Assembly: GCA_030688545.1 (NCBI GenBank)
Contig: JAUYHT010000002.1
Span: 180,001-212,000 of the forward strand
Reading direction: 5' to 3'
Length of the DNA: 32,000 nucleotides
Source of the DNA: Candidatus Iainarchaeum sp.
GTDB lineage: Archaea; Iainarchaeota; Iainarchaeia; Iainarchaeales; VGJJ01
Shown: positions 1-7,845 of the stretch, piece after piece
Layout of the letters: each line of letters starts with the position of its first letter
Position numbering within the stretch: position 1 is the first letter of the stretch
Program-made: the position numbers and the translations under genes
Notes under the pieces: model-generated
Told to the model about the DNA's origin: nothing
The model's database searches: none
What the model saw: the letters and a program-made list of their open reading frames with translations, nothing else

Positions 1-1
1 C

Positions 2-517
2 CGTTCCTCCGTCGCCATCAACCTGGCTTTTTCAGCGATCATCCTGAATGATAAGGAATTGGCGGAGGATGTCATTGCCATTGAACACCAGATGAATGAA
101 TTGAAAGTGGAACTGGAAAAACGGGTTATTTCCTCCCGCGTCCCCGCGGAGGAAGTGGAAAGTATGGCCGGCGTCCTCGAAGTGGCCCACGCGACGGAAC
201 AGATTACCAATAATGCCCGCACCATCGCGGCCTTTACGGCCTCGGATAGAAAACATCATCCCATTCTCACCAAAGCCCTTTCGCACCCCAACAAACAGGT
301 GTATAAGGTGGCCATCAAGAAAGGAAGCACGGTGGACGGGAAACTGCTGGGGGAAGCGCACATCGAGGATTTGAGCGGGGTGAGCCTCGTAGCGGTCAAG
401 CAGAAAAAACAATGGCTCCGCTCCCACCTGGTGGAAGGAACGTTGAGTGCGGGGGATTTACTCTTGGTCAGCGGCACGGAGGAGCAGTTCAAAAAGCTCG
501 AAAAAATGGTGCACTGA
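2..517 (+). CDS. PhoU-like + TrkA-C (RCK_C) domain protein, 5'-truncated by window edge (COG3273-like architecture)
   Basis: The frame is open from nt 2 to the TGA at 515-517. The track's TTG at 59 is internal, since upstream codons read ..AINLAFSAIILNDKELAEDV. The C-terminal part (YKVAIKKGSTVDGKLLGE...SAGDLLLVSGTEEQFKKL) looks like a TrkA-C/RCK_C domain. The N-terminal part is a helical PhoU-like repeat. Confidence 0.7.
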   Translation, partial: RSSVAINLAFSAIILNDKELAEDVIAIEHQMNELKVELEKRVISSRVPAEEVESMAGVLEVAHATEQITNNARTIAAFTASDRKHHPILTKALSHPNKQVYKVAIKKGSTVDGKLLGEAHIEDLSGVSLVAVKQKKQWLRSHLVEGTLSAGDLLLVSGTEEQFKKLEKMVH

Positions 518-539
518 CCGCACACAGGGGGAAAAGCAT

Positions 540-884
540 ATGTTGGAACAAGGACCCATGTCCGTGGAAAAATGGAAAGAAACCATGCATGCGGGTATAC
601 GTCGGTGGAAAGGGGTCACGCAGGAACGGAAGGGGTTGGGGGACATCTTCCATGTGAATGGGAAGGTATTCGCCGAGACGCATGACACCATGCGCCTCAT
701 CCAGATGCGCGTGCGCTTACCTAAGACGCATCAAGGACGGGCAATCCAATTAGGGATGGCCGAACCCTCTCGAAATCCCATAGCTGCCAAGGAGGGATGG
801 GTGGAGATCGAAGTGGATTCCGATACCGCCCTCCAGAACGCCCTCACCCTGGCCCGGCAAGGGTACATGGGGGTGGCGCGATAA
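540..884 (+). CDS. hypothetical protein (114 aa)
   Basis: The in-frame ATG at 540 is preceded by AGGGGG (525-530) 9 nt upstream. The longer 447 start would overlap the previous gene. I recognise no family with confidence. Confidence 0.5.
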   Translation: MLEQGPMSVEKWKETMHAGIRRWKGVTQERKGLGDIFHVNGKVFAETHDTMRLIQMRVRLPKTHQGRAIQLGMAEPSRNPIAAKEGWVEIEVDSDTALQNALTLARQGYMGVAR

Positions 885-980
885 GCTAACGGTGAAATAA
901 ATAATTAGGTTTCAAAACCAAAAATAATATTTCCGAGAAAGAAGAAAACAGTTCCAATGGCTGTCCAACTTTCATTGGCC

Positions 981-1436
981 TCAATCCGGTAGCTCGTATT
1001 CCACATAGGGTTGTTCGGACGAATAGATGGATTCCAGCCACGTCGAGGTGAGGGGCCCGATGCCCCGGAAGGTTTGGAAGCATTCCCTCAGGTCGGGAGC
1101 TAATACGGGTGATTTTTTGATTTCCTCCTTCGCGTGAGCGATCCAGTTCAAGACCGTTTCATGGTTGTCCCTCAGTTCCGCGCATTTCCTGGCATTGATG
1201 AGGACAGAATGAATCTTCCATGGGTTTTTTATCATTCCGGGAGCGCGGAGGAAGGGTTCGAGGTCATTCTCATCCATTTTGGATAATCTATCGATATTGA
1301 AATGAAAGAATGCCTTCTCAATCTGCGGCCATTTCGCCTCCACCACTTTGTAGTTGAACCGCACCACGAACACGATGAATGACACCTGATTCAGGAAGTT
1401 ATCATCGGTCTTCGCTTTGTAGGCGCGCTTTTTCAT
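981..1436 (-). CDS. DNA-3-methyladenine glycosylase I (Tag)-like HhH protein, short form
   Basis: The core FLNQVSF..KWPQIEKAFFHFNIDRLSKMDENDLEPFLRAPGMIKNPWKIHSVLINARK resembles the Tag-family helix-hairpin-helix core. The ATG at 1436 lies 23 nt from a TATA-like element, so the 1496 start in the track is unlikely. Confidence 0.5.
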   Translation of the reverse strand: MKKRAYKAKTDDNFLNQVSFIVFVVRFNYKVVEAKWPQIEKAFFHFNIDRLSKMDENDLEPFLRAPGMIKNPWKIHSVLINARKCAELRDNHETVLNWIAHAKEEIKKSPVLAPDLRECFQTFRGIGPLTSTWLESIYSSEQPYVEYELPD

Positions 1437-1458
1437 ACGATCATTCCGCCAAAGACCC

Positions 1459-1466
1459 CTTTTAAC
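1459..1466 (-). promoter_or_regulatory. TATA-like box (GTTAAAAG on minus) for Tag-like gene
   Basis: An A/T octamer lies 23 nt upstream of the ATG at 1436. Confidence 0.45.
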
Positions 1467-1500
1467 TCGAACGAGGGCGCGCCGCCGCGATCCCAAAGGA

Positions 1501-1508
1501 TTTTATAT
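1501..1508 (+). promoter_or_regulatory. TATA box TTTTATAT
   Basis: It lies 21 nt upstream of the ATG at 1529. Confidence 0.55.
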
Positions 1509-1528
1509 CCGCCCCCCCTTTCCCCAGA

Positions 1529-1816
1529 ATGGCATCTAATCCACCCCCCCGACGCCCAGATTTGGAAAGGTTGAAAGAAGGGTGGAATGCGTTTGTGAAA
1601 GCAAACGGTGGAAAAGAGACGAGGAAATTGTTGATCAAATGGTACCAACATTGTGGGTTTTCCAAAGCTGAAGCTGAGGTGGCAGTCAGACTTCATAAAA
1701 TCGAAATCGCCCGGGCCGAGATGGCTGAACGCATGAGGAAAGAACATGAACGCATCAATCCCCCAAAACCCTCTAAGCCCCCCAAACCCCCCAGGCGTCG
1801 CCCGGGTTCCCGTTGA
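1529..1816 (+). CDS. small basic protein with Pro/Lys/Arg-rich C-terminal tail (PPKPSKPPKPPRRRP)
   Basis: The ATG at 1529 lies 21 nt downstream of TTTTATAT (1501-1508). The 95-aa ORF competes with an antisense ORF (1433-1747) that has no such signal. Confidence 0.55.
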   Translation: MASNPPPRRPDLERLKEGWNAFVKANGGKETRKLLIKWYQHCGFSKAEAEVAVRLHKIEIARAEMAERMRKEHERINPPKPSKPPKPPRRRPGSR

Positions 1817-1835
1817 ACCTTTTTTCAGGGAAGGC

Positions 1836-1842
1836 TTTTAAT
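1836..1842 (+). promoter_or_regulatory. TATA-like TTTTAAT for trpS
   Basis: It lies 24 nt upstream of the ATG at 1866. Confidence 0.45.
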
Positions 1843-1865
1843 CGGCTTCCCGCCCCATGCAGGAC

Positions 1866-2963
1866 ATGACCACACCCTTCTTGGATCCCTGGGGGGATAA
1901 TCTCATCGCGGATTATTCCAGGGTGGCCACGCATTTCGGTTTGGAACCATTCGACGCCAAACTATTCCCCCAGCCCAACCGACTCATGCGCCGGGGCATC
2001 GTTTTCGCCGGGCGGGATCTGAAACGCATCGCCGATGCCATCAAGGGAAAAAAACCCTTCTATGTGCTAACGGGCATCATGCCCACGGCGGAACGCCTGC
2101 ATTTTGGGAACAAGAGCGTGGTGGAGAATGTGGCCTACTTCCAAAAACAGGGAGGACAAACTTACGTCCTCGTGGCGGATCTGGAGAGCGCGGCCGCCCG
2201 CGGGGTAAAAATAAGCGAGGCAAGGGAACGCGCCTTAGAATTCCACATCCCCGCCTACCTGGCATTGGGATTGGACATCAAAAAAACCCATTTTTATTTC
2301 CAGAGCGAAAACCGAACCGTTTCTAAATTAGCCTTTGAGGCCGGGCAGCGCATCACCCTCAATGAATTCAAAGGAGTATATGGGAACGCCGAACCCGGAC
2401 GCATCATGTCGGCCGTAACCCAGATCGGGGACATGATTTATCCTCAGGAAAGAGAAGGCCACCCCCTCCCCGGTATTATTCCGGTGGGGATTGACCAGGA
2501 ACCCCATATCCGGTTGTGTCGGGATTATTTGCACAAGATAGAATCCCAAAAAAGGTTTACTCCCATCTCCTCCATCTACCACCAATTCCTCCCCTCTCTC
2601 GATGGAAAAATAAAGATGTCCAAGTCCAACCCCAAAGGAAACATATCCATCCCGGAAGATCCTTCCATCGCTGAAAAAGCCATCCGCTCCGCGGTCACGG
2701 GTGGAAGAAAAACCATTCTGGAACACCGCCAACTGGGGGCCGAAATAGAGAAAGATATGGTTTATGAATTATTGAAACACCACCTGGTGGAGAACGATAA
2801 CGAGCTGAAGAAAATCCATGATGATTATGCAAGTGGAAAAATGCTATCCGGGGAATTGAAACAGATAGCCGTAGAGAAGATGACTGCGTTCCTCCAAACA
2901 TTCGAGGCAAATATAAACAAATGCAGAAAAAAGATGGATCGGGTCAATTTCGTGTCGGAATAA
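1866..2963 (+). CDS. trpS: tryptophanyl-tRNA synthetase, archaeal/eukaryal type
   Basis: Class I aaRS motifs are present: HFGN (HIGH variant) and KMSKS. GIDQEPHIRLCRDY matches the TrpRS-type IDQDPYFR block. The N-terminal LDPWG..DYSRV..FGLEPF is typical of archaeal TrpRS. The ATG at 1866 is 24 nt from the TATA at 1836-1842. The in-frame ATG at 1857 is only 15 nt away, so it is the less likely alternative. Confidence 0.9.
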   Translation: MTTPFLDPWGDNLIADYSRVATHFGLEPFDAKLFPQPNRLMRRGIVFAGRDLKRIADAIKGKKPFYVLTGIMPTAERLHFGNKSVVENVAYFQKQGGQTYVLVADLESAAARGVKISEARERALEFHIPAYLALGLDIKKTHFYFQSENRTVSKLAFEAGQRITLNEFKGVYGNAEPGRIMSAVTQIGDMIYPQEREGHPLPGIIPVGIDQEPHIRLCRDYLHKIESQKRFTPISSIYHQFLPSLDGKIKMSKSNPKGNISIPEDPSIAEKAIRSAVTGGRKTILEHRQLGAEIEKDMVYELLKHHLVENDNELKKIHDDYASGKMLSGELKQIAVEKMTAFLQTFEANINKCRKKMDRVNFVSE

Positions 2964-3351
2964 TTTCTTTACCTTCAACAATACGGATGGGGATGCGAGT
3001 GGATTGACTCATATCTTTTACCAGCTGATGGATGGATAATTCCCCTTCCGGGTTATGCACCACTATTTCCCCCACCTGCTTCATCTCTGCTATTTGAGCT
3101 ATTTTTTCAATGGTGGGACCCCATTCCAGAATATCGTGGCATAACTTCTTCTTCCCTTTCACCTGCTCTTTGATAGAATCCACGACCACGCGCCCTTTCA
3201 TGATGTCACTGGTCTTGAATCCAAACCCCCCGCGGGAGGAAGAGGAATCGAGAACCAATAACACATACACCACACTCCCCTTCGCCACCGCCTTATCCAC
3301 GAAATGGGGGGAATGATCCTTCACTGATAGCACGGGCATAAGAATCTTCAT
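2944..3351 (-). CDS. universal stress protein (UspA)-like alpha/beta protein
   Basis: The product starts MKILMPVLSVKDHSPHFVDKAVA...VYVLLVLD, a USP-like first strand and helix. The ATG at 3351 is 1 nt downstream of the upstream gene's stop (3353-3355). The 3' end overlaps the trpS 3' end by 20 nt in convergent orientation. The canonical USP ATP-binding Gly motif is not evident. Confidence 0.45.
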   Translation of the reverse strand: MKILMPVLSVKDHSPHFVDKAVAKGSVVYVLLVLDSSSSRGGFGFKTSDIMKGRVVVDSIKEQVKGKKKLCHDILEWGPTIEKIAQIAEMKQVGEIVVHNPEGELSIHQLVKDMSQSTRIPIRIVEGKEIIPTRN

Positions 3352-3352
3352 G

Positions 3353-4141
3353 TCAACCCACCCACTGATATAAATCTTTTTTTGGCTCGATGACCAACCC
3401 ATCCTCTTTGGCGAATTCCATGGCGATCCGCACCAAGACACGTGGACCCTTTACCCCATCCGCCAGGGAGGATAAATCCATTTTTTTATTGGCCCGCATA
3501 ACGGCCATCACGTTTCTCAGATGCTTCTCCAGGAGAGAGGACTCGATGATATAATAGAAACCGTCGAACGAACGAATACCTTTGATTTCCCCTGATTTGA
3601 TGCGGGATGCCAAATCATAGGAAGCCATTTTGGCCGCGCCCTCGGAACGCAACACTACAAACCCATCGGTGGGAAGGGAATACTCCTCCGCCTCCCGCTC
3701 AGGAATAGGGGGCTGAACCTTAATGGAAGGGGATGCCACTTCTTCTCCTGGCCGGGGTTCGGCATACAGGGCTTTGGAAAATTTCTCAGATGACTTGCGG
3801 GTTATGATCTTCCCTTCCCGCCGCAACTCATCAAAAGCTACCTTCTCCTCCTCCGTGAGGAATTTTTGGAAACGCCCCTCGATGAGATCGGGGGCTTTAT
3901 GCGTGCGCAGGAGCTTCAACACCTTGTGGTGAATGGGCTTCATCTCCCATCCGGGGGGTGGGGGGATGAAGGTTAGGGTGAGTTGGTCTCCATTACGGGA
4001 TATTTCCCATTCCCCTTCTCGGGGGAGGGATAGAATGTCGCTCTGGGATTCATCCAGGGCACGCCGCAAAGAGGAGGCTTGGATACGGAGGGGGGGCATA
4101 CCCATCACGTACTGGGAATGAGATAAAAGGGTAGCGCTCAA
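3353..4141 (-). CDS. hypothetical protein, possibly two winged-helix-like segments
   Basis: The 262-aa ORF is the middle gene of a tight minus-strand operon. The start is uncertain: TTG at 4141 with GGGGA upstream, or ATG at 4105 or 4099. The C-terminal segment DLSSLADGVKGPRVLVRIAMEFAKEDGLVIEPKK looks wHTH-like. This is a guess. Confidence 0.55.
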   Translation of the reverse strand: MSATLLSHSQYVMGMPPLRIQASSLRRALDESQSDILSLPREGEWEISRNGDQLTLTFIPPPPGWEMKPIHHKVLKLLRTHKAPDLIEGRFQKFLTEEEKVAFDELRREGKIITRKSSEKFSKALYAEPRPGEEVASPSIKVQPPIPEREAEEYSLPTDGFVVLRSEGAAKMASYDLASRIKSGEIKGIRSFDGFYYIIESSLLEKHLRNVMAVMRANKKMDLSSLADGVKGPRVLVRIAMEFAKEDGLVIEPKKDLYQWVG

Positions 4142-4174
4142 TTACCCATTCCCCATTCAAAAGAAACCCGCCCT

Positions 4175-5002
4175 CTATTGAGGCACTTTGATAGTCAATC
4201 CCTGCTTGGTGAAAAGCATCTCCGCGACCCCATTATAGTGGTCGGTTCCCCGCATCTTCAAAATCTCGATCGTGTGCCTCCGTTTGAAGGATCCTAAATC
4301 ATCCTCGCTCCGAGAATACGAGAAGGAAACGATTCCATCCGTCAGGAAACCTATTTCCCCCGCCCGCGCATCCACGACTCCCGTGAGCTGCTCCGCGATG
4401 ATGAGGGAGGTGCACCCCCACTTCACGAGCATCTCGAAAAACAGGAGCAGGGCTTCTCTCTGCTTGTAATCATCCCGGAACAACAACCCATACGCGGTAA
4501 TGGAATCGATGACCAGACGTTTCGCCCCAATCTCCGCGATGGTATCACGTACCGTCCCCCCGCCTTCCTCCAAGAGTTTGTTTACTTGGTGGGCCTTGTA
4601 GTAGAGGTGACGCACCATGTTCTGTTTTTCAAGCGCATAAAAGTCCCATCCGAAACTATTGCAATGGCGGTAGATGGATTCCTTGCTCTCGGCGAAACTC
4701 AAATAGACCCCGGGTTCATCCCAGAGAGTGATGCCATTGTAAAGAAACTGCATTGAAAAAGTGGTTTTCCCAGTACCCGCATACCCCGCGAGCAACGTAT
4801 TGGTGCGCTCCTCAAAACCCCCTTCGATCAATTCATCAAAGCCAGGTATGCCGGTTGGAACCCGATTGGGACGAGTGCTCTTATCGCCCGACTTGGATAC
4901 GGGAGCCACCTCCCTTACCCCTTGAGGACGGGAAGCGATGAATGCGGGCTCCCTCAATTCGAACGAGGGCGCGGCATCGGGGGGGGCACGCACATCTACC
5001 AT
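4175..5002 (-). CDS. KaiC-like / RecA-superfamily ATPase (single domain) with about 50-aa low-complexity N-terminal extension
   Basis: VPTGIPGFDELIEGGF..LLAGYAGTGKTTFSMQFLYNG carries a Walker A motif, and RLVIDSI is a Walker B motif. FAESKESI and GWDF blocks are typical of the KaiC family. The ATG at 5002 is 22 nt from the TATA at 5024-5031. Confidence 0.85.
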   Translation of the reverse strand: MVDVRAPPDAAPSFELREPAFIASRPQGVREVAPVSKSGDKSTRPNRVPTGIPGFDELIEGGFEERTNTLLAGYAGTGKTTFSMQFLYNGITLWDEPGVYLSFAESKESIYRHCNSFGWDFYALEKQNMVRHLYYKAHQVNKLLEEGGGTVRDTIAEIGAKRLVIDSITAYGLLFRDDYKQREALLLFFEMLVKWGCTSLIIAEQLTGVVDARAGEIGFLTDGIVSFSYSRSEDDLGSFKRRHTIEILKMRGTDHYNGVAEMLFTKQGLTIKVPQ

Positions 5003-5023
5003 CCCGAGGGCACGGAATTCTCC

Positions 5024-5031
5024 TATTTAAA
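5024..5031 (-). promoter_or_regulatory. TATA box (TTTAAATA on minus) for KaiC-like operon
   Basis: It lies 22 nt upstream of the ATG at 5002. It is flanked by CACGGAATTC (5011-5020) and CACGAATTC (5035-5043). Confidence 0.55.
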
Positions 5032-5067
5032 CCGCACGAATTCATCGGCGATGGGGTGGGAACAGCG

Positions 5068-5074
5068 TTATAAT
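5068..5074 (+). promoter_or_regulatory. TATA-like TTATAAT for xpd
   Basis: It lies 26 nt upstream of the ATG at 5100. Confidence 0.45.
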
Positions 5075-5099
5075 CCTGTTTCCCGTGGTTCCTCCCACC

Positions 5100-7004
5100 A
5101 TGCTCTCCTCCACCCTTCCTTTCCGGTTTGACACCCCCCGCGAAGGGCAGGAACAACTCATCCGCGACGCCCACACGGCCTTCCGAGAAAGGAAAATATT
5201 CCTGGCGCACGCCGAAACCGGGTTGGGAAAAACGGATGCCAGCCTTAGCGCCGCGCTGGAAGTCGCCTTAACCAGCGACCCCCGAAAAACCATTCTCTTC
5301 CTCACGCCTAAAAATTCCCAGCATGCCATTGCCGTGGAGGCCTTACGGGGGATCAAGGAAAAATATTCCCTCGATTTACGCGTCATTGACCTCGTGGGAA
5401 AGAAACACGTGTGTGTGGAAGAGAGTGTGATGCACAAAGAAGGGAGGGCGTTCTACGAGGCCTGCGCTAAAAAGAAGGAGATGGAGGGTTGCGGGTTCTT
5501 TGCGAATGCCCGAGGGTACAACCCCCTACAGCGGGAGAAAGCAGGGCTGTACCGGAAGGCCTTCCAGGAACAAGTCCAAGGGGTGCACGCGGCCATGGCT
5601 ATCAAGGAAGCGGCCGCCACCTTTTCGGTGAATGGAAACGCGTGCGGATTATGCCCGTATGAGATGTCCATGGACCTGGCCAAACGCGCGGATGTGATCA
5701 TCGCGGACTATTACCATGTGTTCTCCCCCGGAGTCGCCGAGTTAGTTCTCCCCAAGCTGGGGAAGAAACCTGACAACTGCATCCTCATCGTGGATGAAGC
5801 GCACAACCTTCCCGAGCGGGTGAGGAATTTACTCTCCGCCACCCTCACCACGCGCCAGGTGCAAAAAGCCAAGGAGGAAGCCCTCTTCCTGGGGAAGGAT
5901 GATCTCGCGTCCCGGCTGCAAGCCATCGACGACGCGCTTATGGCCCGCGGGAATGGTATTGAGGCCCCTGAAGCATTAGTGAACGACCAATTTTTTTCAT
6001 CTATTTTTCCTGGGGAAGACCTGAATATGTTTTCTCTGGAATGCGAAGCGGGAGGCGCGGATTATTTGGAAAAATCGGGACGCGAAAACGCCGCCCTCAT
6101 CCAAGTGGGGGAATTCATGGAACGCTGGGCCGCCCCATCTGAAGGAAACGCGCGCATCCTCAAGCGGCGGGGAAGCACTGATGTGTCGCTCGCGGTGAAA
6201 GCCCTGGATCCCAAACCCCTCACCCAACCGGTGCTCGAGAAGATGCACGCCTGCATGCTCATGTCAGGCACCCTGCACCCACTGGACATGTATGCGGATC
6301 TTTTGGGCATTTCACCACAACGATTAGCCACCGGATTCTACCCCTCCCCCTTTCCCAAGGAAAATCGCCTTTCCCTGATCGCCCCCATCGGCACCACCAA
6401 ATACACGGCCCGCTCCGAGGAGGCGTTCGAGCACATGGCCGCGCGCCTTGGAAGCATCGTGAATGCCATCCCGGGGAACACAGTAGTATTTTTCCCATCA
6501 TTCAAACTGCTCGAGAACATGGGAAACAAGCTCCGCGATTATACCCCACGCGTATTATTATTCCAGCATGAAAACATGAAGGTGCACCAGACGAATGAAT
6601 TGGTGAAAAAATTCCGCCAGTATGCCCATGGGTTTGGCGGGGTGCTCCTCGCGTGTGCCAATGGAAGTTTAGCCGAAGGAATGGATTTTCCTGGAAATGA
6701 ATTATTGGGCGTCGTTATCGTAGGAATCCCCCTCGCGGAGATGAATATGGAGACACGGGCGCTCGTGGACTACTATGAAAAAAAGTTCCACCGGGGTTGG
6801 CACTATGGTTACATCTTCCCCGCCATGGGAAAAGCGGTGCAGGCCGCCGGAAGGGTCATCCGCTCCCCCACGGACAAAGGGGTTATCGTCTACCTCGACA
6901 CGCGCTACCTCCAGGAAAACTACAAAACCTGCCTGCCCCCCACCCAAACCTATGAGGTGACAAAATACCCGGAAGAACGGGTGAAGGGATTCTGGAAGGA
7001 TTAA
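5100..7004 (+). CDS. xpd: XPD/Rad3-family (DinG-like) SF2 DNA helicase
   Basis: Helicase motifs are AHAETGLGKT (motif I), VDEAHNL (DEAH box) and QAAGRVIRS (motif VI). Five Cys lie between motifs I and II (HVC, EAC, EGC, NACGLC), compatible with the FeS domain. The ATG at 5100 is 26 nt from TTATAAT (5068-5074). The track's GTG at 5085 is only 11 nt from it. Confidence 0.85.
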   Translation: MLSSTLPFRFDTPREGQEQLIRDAHTAFRERKIFLAHAETGLGKTDASLSAALEVALTSDPRKTILFLTPKNSQHAIAVEALRGIKEKYSLDLRVIDLVGKKHVCVEESVMHKEGRAFYEACAKKKEMEGCGFFANARGYNPLQREKAGLYRKAFQEQVQGVHAAMAIKEAAATFSVNGNACGLCPYEMSMDLAKRADVIIADYYHVFSPGVAELVLPKLGKKPDNCILIVDEAHNLPERVRNLLSATLTTRQVQKAKEEALFLGKDDLASRLQAIDDALMARGNGIEAPEALVNDQFFSSIFPGEDLNMFSLECEAGGADYLEKSGRENAALIQVGEFMERWAAPSEGNARILKRRGSTDVSLAVKALDPKPLTQPVLEKMHACMLMSGTLHPLDMYADLLGISPQRLATGFYPSPFPKENRLSLIAPIGTTKYTARSEEAFEHMAARLGSIVNAIPGNTVVFFPSFKLLENMGNKLRDYTPRVLLFQHENMKVHQTNELVKKFRQYAHGFGGVLLACANGSLAEGMDFPGNELLGVVIVGIPLAEMNMETRALVDYYEKKFHRGWHYGYIFPAMGKAVQAAGRVIRSPTDKGVIVYLDTRYLQENYKTCLPPTQTYEVTKYPEERVKGFWKD

Positions 7005-7008
7005 ATAT
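7001..7008 (+). promoter_or_regulatory. TATA box TTAAATAT (overlaps xpd stop codon)
   Basis: It lies 21 nt upstream of the ATG at 7029. Confidence 0.5.
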
Positions 7009-7028
7009 CTCCTCTCCCTCTCGCGGAT

Positions 7029-7802
7029 ATGCCACGCGCCACTAGGAAACCCTATGCCGGAACGAAAATAGGTTTTGATCGAGGCCCTGGTCGATCTGTC
7101 ACTAAACCCAAGGCCCCCACCCTTGTCCCTGCACTCGGCCGCACACGTCTCTGGATCCGCCGCTGGATGCACCCTTTCAAATCCCAACGTCAAAGGGCGC
7201 GTGCCATTTTGGCCACGCAGAAGAATGACCGCCTGAAAGCTAATCCCTATGGAAAAACCGCCATCGCCCGGGCCGAAGGGAAGGTAACTCGTATCAAAGA
7301 AAAGAGAGATACGCGAGCGAGTCAATGGTCCATCGCCCACGCACGGAAAAAAACATCCATCTTACTCAAACCCTTCTGGGTCGCGCGGGTGGCCTTTCTG
7401 ACCCGCCGCCACCGGCGCTTAAGCAAGCTGGCGGAGGCCATGACGGGGTATGCTCGTAATGTGAAGAAACGCTATGATTTGAAAACCAAAATAGCCATGC
7501 GCCGGAATACGACGCGCCGGGATAAGGCATTCCACTATTTGGAAACGTTCAAAGAGAAGATCCGATTGGACCTGCTCGGAAAAACAAGAACAGTGATAGC
7601 CAACATGGGAACCACTACCAAACAGAAAAAACGAATAACCCAAAATACTCGCGCCGGCACCCAATTGCTCCTGACCTTCAATCAAACGGCCTCCTTGATC
7701 GAATACGAGACCATCCTCCTTGCCATGGAACACGCCATTCAAAAAGACGATTTGACGCTCGCTGAAGGACTTTCTACCCTGCTCCTGGATATCCAGGATT
7801 GA
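7029..7802 (+). CDS. highly basic (Lys/Arg-rich) hypothetical protein
   Basis: The ATG at 7029 is 21 nt downstream of TTAAATAT (7001-7008). The 257-aa ORF has long K/R-rich stretches and no recognisable family. Confidence 0.55.
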   Translation: MPRATRKPYAGTKIGFDRGPGRSVTKPKAPTLVPALGRTRLWIRRWMHPFKSQRQRARAILATQKNDRLKANPYGKTAIARAEGKVTRIKEKRDTRASQWSIAHARKKTSILLKPFWVARVAFLTRRHRRLSKLAEAMTGYARNVKKRYDLKTKIAMRRNTTRRDKAFHYLETFKEKIRLDLLGKTRTVIANMGTTTKQKKRITQNTRAGTQLLLTFNQTASLIEYETILLAMEHAIQKDDLTLAEGLSTLLLDIQD

Positions 7803-7815
7803 TCCAGGCCCAAAG

Positions 7816-7823
7816 TATATAAA
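7816..7823 (+). promoter_or_regulatory. TATA box TATATAAA
   Basis: It lies 23 nt upstream of the ATG at 7846. Confidence 0.55.
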
Positions 7824-7845
7824 CCCAAAAATGCCTCCTGGGAGG

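Noticed and set aside
1467-1481. 15-nt exact repeat TCGAACGAGGGCGCG at 1467-1481 and 4959-4973, both near the 5' ends of minus-strand genes
   Set aside because: One exact 15-mer coincidence is roughly what chance predicts for 32 kb compared with itself on both strands. The two copies sit in non-equivalent positions: upstream of a TATA in one case, inside the coding N-terminus in the other. It is worth a genome-wide motif count but is not convincing here.
1433-1747. 104-aa minus-strand ORF antisense to the 1529-1816 gene
   Set aside because: It would overlap the Tag-like gene start and lacks a TATA or SD. The plus-strand ORF has a TATA exactly 21 nt upstream. I consider the call only moderately secure.
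6702-7340. 212-aa minus-strand ORF spanning the xpd 3' end and the start of the basic protein gene
   Set aside because: It overlaps two better-supported plus-strand genes (helicase motif VI, and a TATA at the proper spacing for 7029). It has no promoter or SD signal and a Gly/Arg/Pro-rich shadow-like composition.
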